NCBI RefSeq assembly: GCF_018350175.1 | Contig: NC_058383.1 | Span: 31,002,001-31,066,000, forward strand | Direction: 5' to 3' | DNA length: 64,000 nt | From: Felis catus | Taxonomy: Eukaryota | Shown here: in pieces, positions 36,601-50,446 of the stretch | Layout of the letters: the number at the start of each line of letters is the position of its first letter | Numbering within the stretch: position 1 is the stretch's first letter | The notes under the pieces: model-generated | What the model was told of the DNA's origin: nothing | Database searches by the model: none | Seen by the model: only the letters and a program-made list of their open reading frames with translations | Made by a program: the position numbers and the translations under genes

Positions 36601-38074
36601 CCCTGCACGTCACTAACTCCGTTCAGGGAGATGGGGAGACTCTGTCACAGTCAAAGCAGGTGGTGGCACGGCCACACACGGCCTCCAAAGCACTGTCATC
36701 TGGCCCACCGACTTCAGCAGCCACAGCGCTACATCTCTCCACATGTCTGCTCTGTTCCAGACATGAGGGTCTCCTTTCTGGTCCTAGAACCTGCCTGTTC
36801 TCTCCCTGGGCAGGACCTCTGTCCTTCCCGTTTCCTATGCAGAAAGCAGGAACCCACTAAACACCAGATCAAGCAACTAATGTCCCACGGAACAAATGAT
36901 CTACGGTGCTTCGCTTAGTGGGCCAAGCAGCCAGCCAAGGTCTTCTCGAGCCTTCACAGCCAGAGTTACCAAAGAGCAGATCAGCTCTCCAGCTGGACGA
37001 ACCTACAGGTGGATCGCTGCCTCAGGCCTGGGGCTGAGCATGCTCAAAGGAGTCAGGGAACAGGAGCACTAATCTCCACAATGTGAGCAGGTCTGACCAA
37101 GTCCTTACAACTCAACACTCGGCCCTGGTTTTCCTGAAGGGACACAAGCTACCAACCCACTTCCACTCTGAGAAAAACCCTGCCACCGTTCTGAGCTCAA
37201 GAGCTCTTCATTCATTCAACGAACGAGAGACATGCCTGTCCTAGGAGAACTTAAAAATACTCGTATTACCACTTGCCAATGAATGGGAGCTGAGTATACA
37301 CAGATGAGAACAGATGGTCTCTGCCTCCCGGGGACTCGAGGTCCTGGGGGAGACAAACACACAGGCTACCACAATCCTGAAGGAAGGGGGCCCATTTGCC
37401 TCTCCACCCAGGCTTTCTGGGAAGGCACTGATGGCCCAGCACCTGAGAGCACCAGCAGCCAACTCTGGTCAACGACCCCACTGAACAGGGCTTCAAGGAT
37501 AGGTGTTGGGGTGACGAGAGGCCCTGAGGGGACAGTCTCCCCAGGCCCTTCCATCCTGGTTTGGAACTCTTCCCCTATCAGCCTATTGTGCTAAGACCCC
37601 AGCTCTTTCCCCTTTGAGCTCCCTTGAGTTAGAATTCAAATTGTTTCTCACCTCCCTTCTTTAGATTTCATTAGCAACACAATGAAACAGACCACAAGGC
37701 TGTCGAGGAACCAGAGATGAGCCTAGGGGCTCCTCCTCAAAGACCCTGCCTCAAGGTCAGGCATGTCTCCAGGGTAACAGTGGGTATTTTCCTGATTCCC
37801 AAAATAAAACACACCGTAGAATATTCAGAAAGTACTACAAGTAGAGTTGTATACTTATAGGTGTATACGTGCACAACTTCTGATAAATACTACCACCATG
37901 TGACCACAACACATACAACATAGATATGCACTTATACAGTATATATTTTACATATGAGTTACCTAATTGAAAACTTAGCCCTCCAGCTTTACCACTGAGT
38001 ACAGTGACAGTTAATGGTTTCTTATTTAAAAAAAAAAAAAAACAAGTTTATCCTATCAGAGAAGTCCCTTTAAT

Positions 38075-38296
38075 TTTTTTAAAGATTTCTTTTTAAGTTT
38101 ATTTATTTTGAGAGAGAGAGAGAGAGAAATCATGAGAGGGGGAAGGGCAGAGAGAGAGGAAGAGAGAGAATCCCAAGCAGGCTCCGCACAGTCAGTGCAG
38201 AGCCTGACATGGGGCTCAAACTCACGAACCGGGAGATCATGAGCAAAGCCAAGTCAAGAGTCAGGGGCTTAACCAACTGAGCCACCCAGGTGCCCG
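38075..38296 (-). mobile_element. Can-SINE
   Basis: tttatttattttgagagagaga...cttaaccaactgagccacccaggtgccc, the reverse complement of a SINEC body. Confidence 0.92.
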
Positions 38297-39191
38297 CCTT
38301 TATTCTTTAGATCAGGAATATTTTTATCATAGAGCTGTCAGCTCACTATGTTGTACACTTGAAACATTATATATCAACTCTACATCAAGGAAAAGTACTT
38401 TTGTTAGATATAGATACAGATGATGAACATTATCAACTCACTTTTTAATACCAATCAAGATCACTATCTGGTGTTTCACCTTTAATTATTAATAAGCTGA
38501 CTTGATTGATTTCCTAACATTAAGCCATCCTTGAAATTCTAAATAAGTCCCATTTTAATGTGGATTATAGTTTCTTTTTTATGCCGTCTTCGTGATTTTC
38601 TGGTGTGAAACAATGCACATTTGAACCAAGATACAGACACATGGATATAAAGACAGAGCTGATGCTTTAAGGAAGCACAAAGAGCAAAGTGGCCATAAAA
38701 GCATCCAGGTTTGCTATCTCCTAGGGACCTCCTCTATGTTCACAACTTTCTTCCGGTTGTTTGGTGCCCTGCAGGCAAGCTGGGCTCGTCTTCCATTCAT
38801 GTGGATAATCCATGTTATCCTCGGAAAGAGACCATCTCATCCACGCGTGCGCACTGCTGAGCACAAAGTCGTTTGTCATATTCTCTCCTGTCTGTAATCT
38901 CCAAATCCAAGGGTCCGTTTGTTTGCTTACTTTTAACATCACATTTTCGTTTTCTCTCCTTCCTTGCCACAGGCACCAAGACTTTCTAATTAAATATTTT
39001 CGAAGAACCCGCTCTAGGTCTTCTTCACCAAGCACCATGCTTTCACCATTTTGTGTTTTGCTTTGTTGGTGGGGAAGGGGGGGTAGGGTCTGATTGCTCT
39101 GCTACCATCCGTGTGACAGGTTGGACCTGTTTCCGGAAAGTCCACGAAGCAGCCACCATGGGGGTAAACGCACAGGGACAGCCAGCCTTAC

Positions 39192-39298
39192 CTCGATGAG
39201 CTTTCTCTCGTAGGAGCTCGCCAGCTCCTCGGCGACTTCTCCCGGCTTCTGCTCAGTGACTGCAACTTCTCCATCAACGTTCCAAAGGTTTGGGACAG
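39192..39298 (-). CDS. SNX29: Internal coding exon of sorting nexin 29 (coiled-coil region upstream of the PX domain); 107 bp, phase 1 to phase 0
   Basis: Minus strand reads ggggtttctttgttttcctaaAG|CT GTC CCA AAC...CTC ATC GAG|GTaagg. The translation (A)VPNLWNVDGEVAVTEQKPGEVAEELASSYERKLIE matches my recollection of mammalian SNX29 (VPNLWSVDGEVTVAEQKPGEIAEELASSYERKLIE, followed by VAEMHGELIEF). The neighbouring exons were not found in the window, consistent with very long introns. Confidence 0.93.
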
Positions 39299-40830
39299 CT
39301 TTAGGAAAACAAAGAAACCCCGTAAGTATTTTCACAGTAACCAAAAGTTATTCACCCAGTGAAAAAATGTTTTGGTCTTTGCCAAATGGTTTCTCCACAG
39401 AGAGAGTGCTTTTGATGAGTCAGAAAAAAGATCCCAACTACTAATGACTTCACCCCTCCAACATTTTCACACAAGTACAATGAAGTGAACGGCAAGAATG
39501 GAAGAAGGGTCACAGGGACAGACGCACAGAAGTCTGGGGAACCGCCCGGTCACCACTCCCCATCCCAGGGCAAAACAGACGATGCACGGGCAAGACGTAG
39601 GAGCCTCCGTTTCCACCTGTTATGTTGGTCACATTTCTTTTTCTCCAACATCACAGTTCCCCAGCTCAGGACCACCCGCCTACAGCTGGACGTCAACGGC
39701 AGGGGTCAGGGCAGACGCAGAGCCGCTAAGAATGAACGTTTACCAACCGTGCTTAGGGCGGAAGCTAGGCAGCTTCGGGAAACACTCAACAACCGATGCA
39801 GAATCCCCAGCAAGGCCATCCAAACAAGAGACTGGCTCCCAGGCCAGGGCAGGAGTTAGGAGCACAGAAGACATGGGCGGGTGCCACTCCTCCTTTGAGA
39901 GTCGCATCCATGAATGCTTGCTTTGTAGAAAAGGACAAGAAGTGAGAACTGGGAACGAGCAGGCGAATTCCAAGAAAAACAAGGGAACACGGACAGGAAG
40001 GAAGTGCCCCACTGGCGTGGATCAAGAATGTGGATTAGCCCCAAGCCCAGAAAGAAGCATCAGGTAAGCGGATTCCATCTCCTGCGTGTTCCAGGAGACG
40101 GAACTCCGGGACGCCCCATCGACTGAGGAGATGGTAGTGAAGGCCAGCCCCCCCTCTGGCACCAGCAATTGGACAGACTGGGGGAGGACGAGAAAGTGGG
40201 CCAAGGCTAAGCAAAACTGGGGGTACTGAGTCTGCACCGACTGCGGCTCCGCCTTCAGCCCTCTCCCGGAGGCTCCATCAGGCCACGAGATAGAGGCCCA
40301 GAGGCAGCAGGGCCCTGAATGATGACACACATCCCACTGGAATGCGTCCTAAGCTGCTCCCATTCCAGGAGTGACCGCAGCCCAGCCAGTGCTGAGGACA
40401 GTGACCCAGGAACCCTCTGCAACCTGAAATAGGTACTGAGAAAACCTTTAAAGGGCTTCCACTTCAAGATGACAGACTGAACACATTCATTTACGCTCAC
40501 ATCCTCTGAGTCCCATTGAAATACCAATTTTAAAAATTCTAGCAGCATCACCCTTGAGAAAGAAAGGGAGTGAGAGAGGGGACAAGACGACAAAATTCAA
40601 GAAGCCAAGAAGCAGGCCAATCACTGGCGAGCAACAAGACAGACCTGAGAGAGTTTCCTTCTGGGCTGCAGGTGCACAACACCAAAATGCAATCTCATTC
40701 AAACGGGACAACTCGCCAAGAGCTGACAAAGTGCTAATACAAGACATTTCTAGAAGTGGGGGGGAAGGGTAAACATGGGGCTGAATATGTAGAAGAAAGA
40801 TAAAAAAGTATGTTTAAGAAGCAATTTGCA

Positions 40831-41098
40831 GAGGTGCCTGGGTGGCTCAGTCAGTTGAGTGTCAGACTTCGGCTCAGGTCATGATCTCACAGCTCGTGGG
40901 TTCGAGCCTTGCATCAGGCTCTGTGATGGCAGCTCCCAGCCTGCTCTGGATTCTCTGTCTTCGTCTCCCTTTGCACCTCCCTCGCTCCTCTCTCTCTCTC
41001 AAAAATAAACAAACACTGGAGGGGTAGGGGAAGGGGGAGGAGGGAGAGGAAGGAGAGCAGGGGGAAGGGGGGGGAAGAGGGGGAGGAGGAGAAGAAGG
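40831..41098 (+). mobile_element. Can-SINE with a G/A-rich tract in place of its tail
   Basis: gaggtgcctgggtggctcagtcagttgag head. TSD agaagcaatttgca (40817-40830) / agaaaccatttgca (41099-41112). Confidence 0.88.
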
Positions 41099-41449
41099 AG
41101 AAACCATTTGCAGAAAATTAAGGGCTTATTCTCCAGAGAAGGTGAAAACAGTGGTCTGGACGGAGCTGAAGGCACCGGTACCCCACAGGAAAGAGAGTGA
41201 GAAACAGTACTGCTGAACTTCTTCCATTCCTCCTTTCCCATTCCCCAGCAGCAAGCAGCCAACATAGTACAAAGGATTGTCCTAGAATTTTAACAGGCTG
41301 AGGAAAAGACCGGAAGGGGCTGATACGAGGGGCTCTGTAGTGACACAGCACAGCCAGATCACCCCACCAGGGCACGAGCACAGCTCCTACACAGAGAGCT
41401 CGGCTCTGTGGCACCCCACCCCTATCTCGGAGCACATGGCCAGAGATCG

Positions 41450-43420
41450 CCTCATGTCTGAGACAAGCACCTAAGACGGAAAACCCGGACCAGAATCCAC
41501 AGACAGAAGAGAACATCTTGTAAGGGAGAGACACAAGTTAGGGAAAAATACACTCGAGAATCTGCAAACTGTCGGTCACAGTCCCAGAGACAGAAGATGA
41601 TGGTATAGCTGAAAACAGGAACAGGGAGGAGTCTAAAAAGAAGAAAAAGAGGCACACACACACAGAGTAAAAAGACAAACTCGTTTGGAAAGCCAAACTG
41701 GGACGGAAGTAACGGAACACTAGATACAAAGGACAGACGGTAAGAAAATGTCTGGAAGACAGAGCCAAAGGATAACAAAAGGGGAAAAAAAAAATGAAAC
41801 GGAGAATTACCATTTGAGAGGAACCAAGAAAGGGAAGGGGGGAAAAAAGTTAACAGAGACCAGGAAATCAAAGACTTCATTCAAGTAATGTCCTAGAACC
41901 AGAGAGGCGGGTGTGGGGACAGAAGAGCCCAGTGGGCACACAGCACGAGGGGTGAACCATGCTCAGGCACCTCACAGGGAAATTTCAGGTCAAGAGAGAC
42001 AAACTGAAGAGGGTGCTAACTTCCGGAGCGGAGGCAGAACTTTTACAGATGACAGAAAGTTCTAGATGACCTTGGATTTCCGAACAACCCTGTAAGCCAG
42101 CAACCGATCAAGTGATAACTGCTGTCAACACCCTGAGGGCAATTATTTCCACCCTGGAATTAGGCACCAAGCCAAACCCTGTGGTAAGAAAGTAAAAACA
42201 TTTTCAGACATGCAATCTTCCAAAAATCTTAACCCGCCCCCAACCAAAAAAAAAAAAGACAAAAAAAAAAATCTAAGAAAAAGAACACAGTTTCTACGAA
42301 AGAGAAGATACAACACAAGAGCGAGGAGATTATTAATAACCAGGAAGTGGAAACCACCCACACAGCCACCATGGAGGACTGATGGATCAACGGAAGGCGC
42401 TCGTCCCTGCAGCCGAAGACCACTCAGCCCTCAAAAGGAGTAAAGCACTGACACCGCCTACAACACGGATGAACCCTGAGAACGTCACGCAAAGGGCGAG
42501 ACGCCAGAAGAGACACAAAAGGTCACGGACGGCAGGATTCCATTTATACAAAACGCCAAGAACAGGTATGGGTTTCCAGGGGCCGGGAGGAGGAAGGGAT
42601 AAGGGATGACCGCTAATGGGGATGGGGTTCGCCTTTGGGATGACGAAATCGCTCTGTATTTAGAGAGACGGGACGGTCACACGCCTTGTAAATGCACTGA
42701 AACCCACTGGACTGCACACCTTTAAGGGTGAACTGTGTGGCCCGCGAACTACATCTGACCGAAGAAGCGGTAAGACCAGAGAGCTGGTGGGGACAAGCCC
42801 ACGGAGCAGCCAGGCTCCCTCGGGCCACGGCGGGCAGAGGACCGCAGGAGAGACGGCCTCACAGGGGCCCGGTTTTTCACATATTCACATTTCCGGAAGT
42901 GAGAGAGCACGTGCAGTTCGATTAGTAAGTAGTAAGTTCACACAACACCAACCATGTTTGTTTGGTTGTGTTCCAGTAGGAACTCGAAAGAAATTTAGAA
43001 GTTGCGCCAAAGCAACGATCCCGTGCCTTGCAGCTCGGCTAGATAGCATTTTTGGGATCCTAGTGATGTATTCACCGAAGAGGGACCAAACTAAAAAGAG
43101 GGTATGTCTGTGCCAGAGGACGGGCGGGGAGAGGGGTCCCTGCGGGGAGAGGGACCCAAGAGCTATCCTCCCCCCTCCACAGTGAGCAATCAGTCAAGAA
43201 TACCTACAACCGAGAAATCAACAAGGAACAGTAGACACGTATTATTGAGAGACATTAAGGTAAGTACCAGAACCGTAAGGTAAATGTTTGAAGCAGCTGC
43301 CTGTGGGGTGTGGGAAATGGGGGTGGGGGAGGGGTGGCGGCTAGAGGTACCAGGTCTTTTACGGTAAGGCCACGTGCCAGCGGGGGACTTAGAAAACAGA
43401 AGGGCGGAATTGATTTTAAG
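41450..43420 (+). mobile_element. Cluster of ancient L1/HAL1 fragments (ORF1-like region and L1M 3' ends)
   Basis: Purine/A-rich; ttatttccaccctggaatt..ccaagccaaac..aaaaacattttcagacatgcaa (ORF1-like); gattccatttatacaaaacgccaagaacagg..actggactgcacacctttaagggtgaa (3' UTR). Confidence 0.65.
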
Positions 43421-44017
43421 GAAAAGAATCTGAGAGGAAGCTGCACTTAGAAAAGTTCAGACACTAACAGCGCCCATCAAGGCAGGGCAGACGCCCCAGC
43501 ACGGAAGTGGCTGTGGCTGATCAGCGCAGTCCGGGGCCAGTCCGCATCGAAGGTGTGACGGACGGGCTAACGGCCCGGTCCGCAGGTGCTCTCCAAACGA
43601 CCTGATCTTCGCCTGAGCGAGGGTGCTTTCCGCCACAAGGAGATCCCGCTGCTCAGAAAGACGTGGCCTTCCAGGCCGCTTGAGGTCTGCACATCTCTTT
43701 AGAAATCCAGCCACTGGCCTTCCTTCCTCAGATACCAGCCCCTCTGTAGGTTCATGTGAGAGCAAGCCACGGTCCTCTGCACCGAAGGAGGCAGATGCAT
43801 GAATAAGCTTGTTAACCTTGAAGACTAGGAACCAGACCTTGGACAGTCATGAATTTATAAAAGGTCTCTGAGAAACGAACCAGCCAACCTTCCCCTGCAA
43901 CTCTCTGACCTCCTGGTGCCCCGGTCCAGCTCCTGCAGCTTTAACAAGCATGTCAGAGACTTCTATTCCATGCACGAAATAATAAATAGCAAATCCCAGC
44001 TACACCGCGATCTTCTC

Positions 44018-44512
44018 ACTGGTCGGCAGCCTCCAAGATGTCTCCCAGCGATCCCTCCCTCCTGGCACTCACGTCACTGGATCTCCACCCCTGCGTATAG
44101 GGCTGGACTGACTGACTCACCTCGAAGGAACACCATGTGGTGGAAGCGAAGGGATGTCACTGTGGAGATTAAGTTTTAGGAGACGGTGGCTTCTGTCTTG
44201 GGTGCCCACTCCCACTCACTCCCTCTGAGGAAAATCAGGTGCCGCCTTGTGAGCGGCCTTATGGAGAGAGCCATGATGCATCCCCCACACACAGCCAGCA
44301 AGGCCCTGGGGTCTGCCGGCAGCCACACGAGTCCTCCTCCCGTCAAGCCTGGAGAGGACAACCGCAGCTCCGTGAGAGACCCTGGGCCAGAGGACGCGGC
44401 TAAGCCACGCCTGGATTGCTCCTCCCCACACACTCAAGGGAGTGAGCTGAGTGTTGTGTTAAGCTGCTGAATTTTGGGGTCATTTGTTACACACCAAGAG
44501 ATCACCAATACA
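44018..44512 (+). mobile_element. MLT1F-like MaLR LTR
   Basis: ggcagcctccaagatg...gtgagagaccctgggccagagg...gctaagccacgcctggatt...taagctgctgaattttggggtcatttgttacac...aataca. Confidence 0.8.
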
Positions 44513-45273
44513 GCACCTTTAGTCACTCAACAGGTAGTTCCTAGAGAGCACTGTGGTGAGACTCTTAGGCCCTGGAGTCCCAAGGACGATGGTGGTTCCC
44601 CACAGATGGCATTTACAAAAAGGACAACGATGGTGTGGTTCCCCGTGGATGACGTTTATGAAAAGGACAACGACAAACTGAACGTGGCCGGTATATCTCT
44701 ATGGCTTAAGGGTTACTAGGAAAGTGAAAGGAGCCATTTCTCGGTCAGACACTCTCCACCTCTCCGCTGGCATGGAGCGCACACCGTGAGGCACGAGAAG
44801 CCAGCCATCCCGTTAGTTCAAGTTTTACAGGGCCATGTCTCCTTTCTTTACTTTCCAGTCAGAAACACTTCATCTGCCTGGGGAGCAGGGGGACGTTTGG
44901 GTGTTCAAGGAAGGCAACGCCATCAAAGCCCGAGTAACATCAAGTTGTGTGAGAGCCAGAAATAGCACGCTACACCCCCATTCCAGACTTTCTGCACGCT
45001 CCCCAATACACCAATCAACGTGGGGAGCATCAACGTGATTCATCTCTGAAAGTCACACCCACACGACAAACACAAACATTTGTGACAGATCCAACTAAAA
45101 GGGAGTGACAGGGTGTTTTAAAGACATGCATCTCCTGAATGACCTATTAGTTTGGAAGGGAGAGAAAGACAACTTAAGCCCAAGAGGAAAGCACAGTTTT
45201 CTATTCCTATCAAAAACAGCTCTTCCTGAATTCAAGAACACAAGGCTTGAAAAGAGGTTAGCAATGCAGTCTC

Positions 45274-45490
45274 TCTTTTTTAGTGTTTATTTATTTTGAG
45301 ATAAAGAGACTACACGTGCACACACGAGTCGGGGAGGGGCAGAGAGACAGGAAGAGAGAGAGGATCCCAAGCGGTCTCTGTGCTGTCACTGCAGAGCCCA
45401 ACTCGGGGCTCGAGCCTACAACGGTGAGATCATGACCTGAGCTGAAGTCAAGAGTTGGACGCTTAACCGACCGAGTCACCCAGGCGTCCC
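45274..45490 (-). mobile_element. Can-SINE
   Basis: Ends ...cgcttaaccgaccgagtcacccaggcgtccc. TSD agcaatgcagtctc (45260-45273) / agcagtgcagtctc (45491-45504). Confidence 0.93.
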
Positions 45491-48400
45491 AGCAGTGCAG
45501 TCTCAAATCTACAATTTCATCATTCACATTTCCAGTCCGTGTTCTGAGTTACTTTGACAGCATTCAGAACTTCACAGCCTGCCCCAGTCAAGGACTACAA
45601 GTCAAGTGCAGCTGCCAGGACCCAACAAGACAGAAACTTCCATCTATGTGGTTGGCTACTTCCACTGGGATGAGGAACTTAAGTTATACTGAAAAGGCCA
45701 AGGCAAAGAGATAGGTCCAAAAGCAAAAGGAAGAACTGTATTTAACGTGCTAAAAAAATTTGAGAGCTACATCCTCGTACAGCAGGTGCCCATAAAAAGG
45801 CGACAGTGACAGTGCTTCCTCTGACGCAGCACTTTATGACTTACCACGCACCTTCCAATGCGTCATCTCACTGCAGCCTCCAGGCACCGGGCGGTCTGGC
45901 CATCGTATGCTTGTGCCAGAGGGGGAGAGATCTATGTAATGTGCACGGTAAAGGAGATGCCCCATCAGCCCAGGCAACACGGTTAACATCCACATCATTC
46001 ACAGGACAACCTACACTTGGTTTACATGCGTCCACTCTGAGAGGTCCGCCATTTTCTCTCGTATTTCCCCCATGGCCTAATTATAGAAGCGAGACTCCAA
46101 ACGGCAACGTTTGGCCAAACCGGTAAACCTTTTCTTTGTAAATCTAGCAGACAATTAAAATCGTGTTCGGTAGGAGCACAAAGATATTTACTTTCAATCA
46201 GAACCATTTTTTCATGTTCCAGAAAAGCTGTGGGTTTGTGAGCACCCACAGGTCATTTAAACTTAGTGAACATGACACAGTTTTCACCTCCTCGCAGCCG
46301 GCCATTACAGTCTGGAGGTGTCTGTGGTAAGTCATCTGAAAGAGGCAGCCGCTATGCGGGTCTCACTCGCAGGCACCAGGGAACACGGGAGGTTTTCCGC
46401 CTCAATTATTTCAAGCAAAAACTCCAAACGCCACGGAGAGCGGCACGGCAAACAGCACGATAAGGCCACTGTTTTACTTTCAAATGCAACAAGCTTAGCA
46501 GGACCCCAGACGCAAACAGCGTGTGACGCTGGTGGCAGAAGAGGGTAAGGAGCCACTTTAAATTCAGAGACGGTTCCCCGGAACGTCCTGATGGACAAAA
46601 GGAAGGGTGCGGTTCCTGGAACAGCAGGCCAGGTTTGGGGTGATGGGAGATCTGGGACACTCGGAGGTTCCAAAGTAGAAAGGTCCCTCCTGGGTGAGCG
46701 ACGATGATCCCTACAGGACAGCAGGTACCCACCACTGTTCCAGCCAAGGAGACGGTCCTCATAAGGAAAGCATCTGCCATTTTCCGAGTGCCCGCTGTGG
46801 CAAGGGGAGAGCATGTTGATGGTGAGAGTGCGGGCTCCGCAATCAGAGACCAGGGGCCAAGTCTGGCCCTGCCACTCCCCAGGCAGTGACCCTGGGCAAG
46901 TCTTTCATTTCTTCGCACAACAACTAGCTCCTGAAGATTCGTTATGTGCCAGGCACTAGACACTGGACCTGCAGGCACGTACTAAGGGGGGAAACTGAAT
47001 GCCAACAAGAAGCTTACGCTGCAACGCTGGGCCTCGGCAAATGAAGAACTACGTAATGCATCGGGTCGTGAAAAGTGCTGCAGCCGGAGGTGGGGGGAGG
47101 TTAAGCATGAGAAAAGGATGGTGTGAGTGCAAGGAAAGGCTCACCAAAGAGATGCCATCTGAGCAGAGACCAGAATAAAGTGAGGGAATGAGCCATACGA
47201 GGCCCTGGGAGAGAGCATTCCCAGGAAGAGCAAGCGTGACAGGACGGCTGAAGGATAAGGGATGAGAGAGAGAACAGGAAGTGAGACCACAGAGAAGGGG
47301 GCAGGGGGTTGGAGGGGAGGATCGTTTACTGTGAGAAAAACAGGAAGCCCCCCAAAGATTCAGAACAAAAGGCAGGAAAATCAGACATTTTTTAAAAGAT
47401 CGTTCTACCAGCCACACGAAGGGGCGAGTGGGGAAAATGGGAGGGCGTGTGCAGGGCCTGGGGGCGGGAGGCACGGCTCAGGTCGCCCTTCAGGGAAGAA
47501 CCCGCCGCTCTGTTTCCAGGAGGGCCGTTAGCCGACAACCTCCAGCTACAGCACTCCCGGAGGTGCAGGGAAGACGCTAACATATCCGACGTGGGGTTAG
47601 AGCGAAGACAGGAGTCGCGCTCCCACCACCATCTTTGGCCTCAGGAACCTGAACGCATGAGGCCATCGTTTCACCGAGCTGGGGAAAGGGCGGGTGTGAC
47701 AGAGAAGAGGCGGGTGCCCACCAGGGGGCTGGTGCTCAGACAAGTCAGGTTTGGCACAACCACCGGCCATGTGAGAACAGGCGGCAGGAGCCCGGGAGCG
47801 TGTGAGTCCAGAGTTCCAGGGAGACGGGAGGCTGCGCATCTCAAGTCAGAAGTCAACGGTGTAGACACCGTAACACCACCGGACTGGACGAGATCGCCCA
47901 TCCCCTGCAAGCGGAGTCTCCTCTGTTGTGAAATAGCAGGAGCCCAACCCCCGAGAGCCGCGGGAGGAGCCACCCCGACGTGGGCAAACACTCAGCTCAG
48001 CGGGGCTGGGAGCACCGACGCTCTCACTGCCGAGCTCGCCACTGAGCCGTGACGCGTCCCTGCCGGCCACGCTACTCGGCACTTTACGGCGTTTCCTGTT
48101 CTCACAACAGACACGCAAGGTGGGTACTAACAACCCCCAAAATGACCTTCCAGGGGGTTCCGTGACTTGCCCAAGGTCAGACAGCTATCAAGCGATGGGA
48201 TCAGAAAAAACTCAACCCGTGCCCTCCCCCTGCCACGTGCTGCCCGTCCGGCCCCGTCAGCAGCTGAGTAAGTGAGCATCTTGCTCACGTTCTCACTCAG
48301 TCCTCGGTCCAGCAGGCATTGATGGGGTCCAAAGGCTAAGGAGAACTCGGGAAAGAAGGGGGCAGGGGACAGGGGGCACGGTGGTTCTCGCCCCGCCCCA

Positions 48401-48935
48401 GGGCTGTGACAGAGACGGAGGAAAGACGCTGCCACCGACCCCCATGTGGCCCCAGGTTCACCAAAGCAGGTGCCGCCTGCCCGGACAACAAGCCTGGAGT
48501 CTCTCAGGACAGACGCTCTGGGGGCCTGCTCATTCAGCACTCGACATGTCATGCCTTTCCAGGGACAGGGCAAAAGATGAACCATGGCTGCCATTCAGCT
48601 ACTTTTGATCTTGGAGTAGGAAGTCCCCGAAAGCTAAGACATCCTTATCCAACCTTGAACTTCTCGTGAGAAGCCAGGCCCTCATCCTTGGGAAAGAAGG
48701 TGGCTTTGAAAAGCCGGCTGTTCTCCTGGTGCGGGAACGGTTCGCTCACACTGACTCCGCCACACGCTCCAGCCCCAACACCACTGGCAGCAGTCAAGAG
48801 CCAGATGAGCTCCTGTTACCCGAGCCCTACACACCACACAACTCCCACGTTGAGTCGCAGCCTCTCACTTAAGGCTCAGAACATCGCTGCCCAAAATCTC
48901 CGTTTCAGAGATGAGAAAATAGAGGTTTGGGTTTA

Positions 48936-48938
<3 letters not shown>

Positions 48939-48986
<48 letters not shown>
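48939..48986 (+). repeat. (AC)24 microsatellite within a MIR-like relic
   Basis: Perfect dinucleotide run; flanks resemble MIR (tttcagagatgagaaaatagagg...). Confidence 0.96.
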
Positions 48987-48988
<2 letters not shown>

Positions 48989-50219
48989 TAAATGACCAGC
49001 CCTGTTATACAAACCCCAGTCGGTCTGGTCTCAAAACCCCATGCTACACACACCCCCCCTTCACCACACTTGCGTCCCTGCCATCTGGAGGAGCCTACTC
49101 ACCAGGGCGGTCCCCATTCCACAGATGGCAGAATTCCAAGGCCATGCGCCACAACTCCAAGGGAGACCTACTTTCCTATGTGCACACACACCCCCTAACG
49201 GTTTTGGTTGCCTCATGGTGTAAGAATACTAAAAATTTCCAGTTCTCCTGAGAGTTGCAACCAAATTCTTCCAAAACTTCACATAAACCCACCCACCTCA
49301 CAGAGGACTCTCTGGTTTAAAAAAAAAAAGAGTGAGAGACAAGCAAAAAAGCAGGGGGCTTGTGTGATAGTCAGGCCAAGAGAAAGTGATCTAAAGAATG
49401 CCCTAGGGTGGGATATCCATGCCAGCGTGACCTATCCAAAGAGTGCGGACTCATCTGTATCCCTGAAGATCAGAACCAGGAACCAAGGGATTGAGAGACA
49501 TAGGTTTTTTTTAGTAACAGGCGACGCATTATGTATGACGGGAAGTGTGTGCAGACACACGGGCATCCCTAGGTTCACATCTTGGCCCTGCCACCAACTA
49601 GAGTGAGACCTGACACACATCACTTTATTTCTTTGAGCCTCGGTTCCTTCCTCCGTAAAATGGGGAGGGTACCTCTTGCGACGATTAACCAAGACAGGAC
49701 TACAAAGCGTCTTATATCCCCACTCCAAGCATTAAAGAGAGGATAGGTTCTTAAAAACAAAGGCAAAGTAAGAGCCTGCCTTCTTTTTCAAAACAGGAAG
49801 TCTCTTCATTAGAAACTTCCATCCCGCCTAGGTCTCGCCAGACAAAGATGCTCACCTGTTCAGATGCCGCATCTCTGTTCCAAGAGCTCATCTAAATATA
49901 CAACACGGGCACAAGGGCAGCTGGGAATGACGGCAGCGTGAAACCAGAACTGTTTTCACACCCTCGCCGAACGCATTTTCACCTGCTCATGTGATGCAGC
50001 CTAGCAGAGGCTCGGAGAGAAACTTGAGAGAAACTTTCCCTTTCAGTGAAAAGCATCTGGACAGCGAGACAGGAGAAAAGCTGTCACCCTACTGATGCAG
50101 GTCTTCTGTGAAAGCCAAGGGCAAGACCCGAACTTTCAGAAAGCAGGGAGGCTCTCCGCCTGAGATCATTTCAGCTGAAGGAAGCCCTCCTAGTAACACC
50201 CTACCTTCGGAGAGCAGGG

Positions 50220-50446
50220 AATTACACGAAATGTCCAGAATTGGCAAACTCACACAACCAGAAAGTGGTTTCACGGTTGTGACCACTAACGGGTTCAGGA
50301 TTTCTTTTGGGGGTGACGAAAACGCTCTGGAGTTAGAGCGGTGATGGTCACCCATCCTGGTGAATATACTAGAAAACACTCAATAGTGTACTTAAAACAT
50401 GCAAATCGTAGGTGATGTGAATTCTACCTCGATTTAAAAAAAAAAA
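50220..50446 (+). mobile_element. L1MB/MC-like 3' end
   Basis: gaaatgtccagaattggcaaact...ttcttttgggggtgacgaaaacgctctgga...gtgaatatactagaaaacact, followed by an A tail. Confidence 0.8.

Noticed and set aside
39102..39344. 80-aa ORF as a standalone gene
   Set aside because: Only 39192-39298 is SNX29-like and bounded by AG/GT; the rest is intronic read-through.
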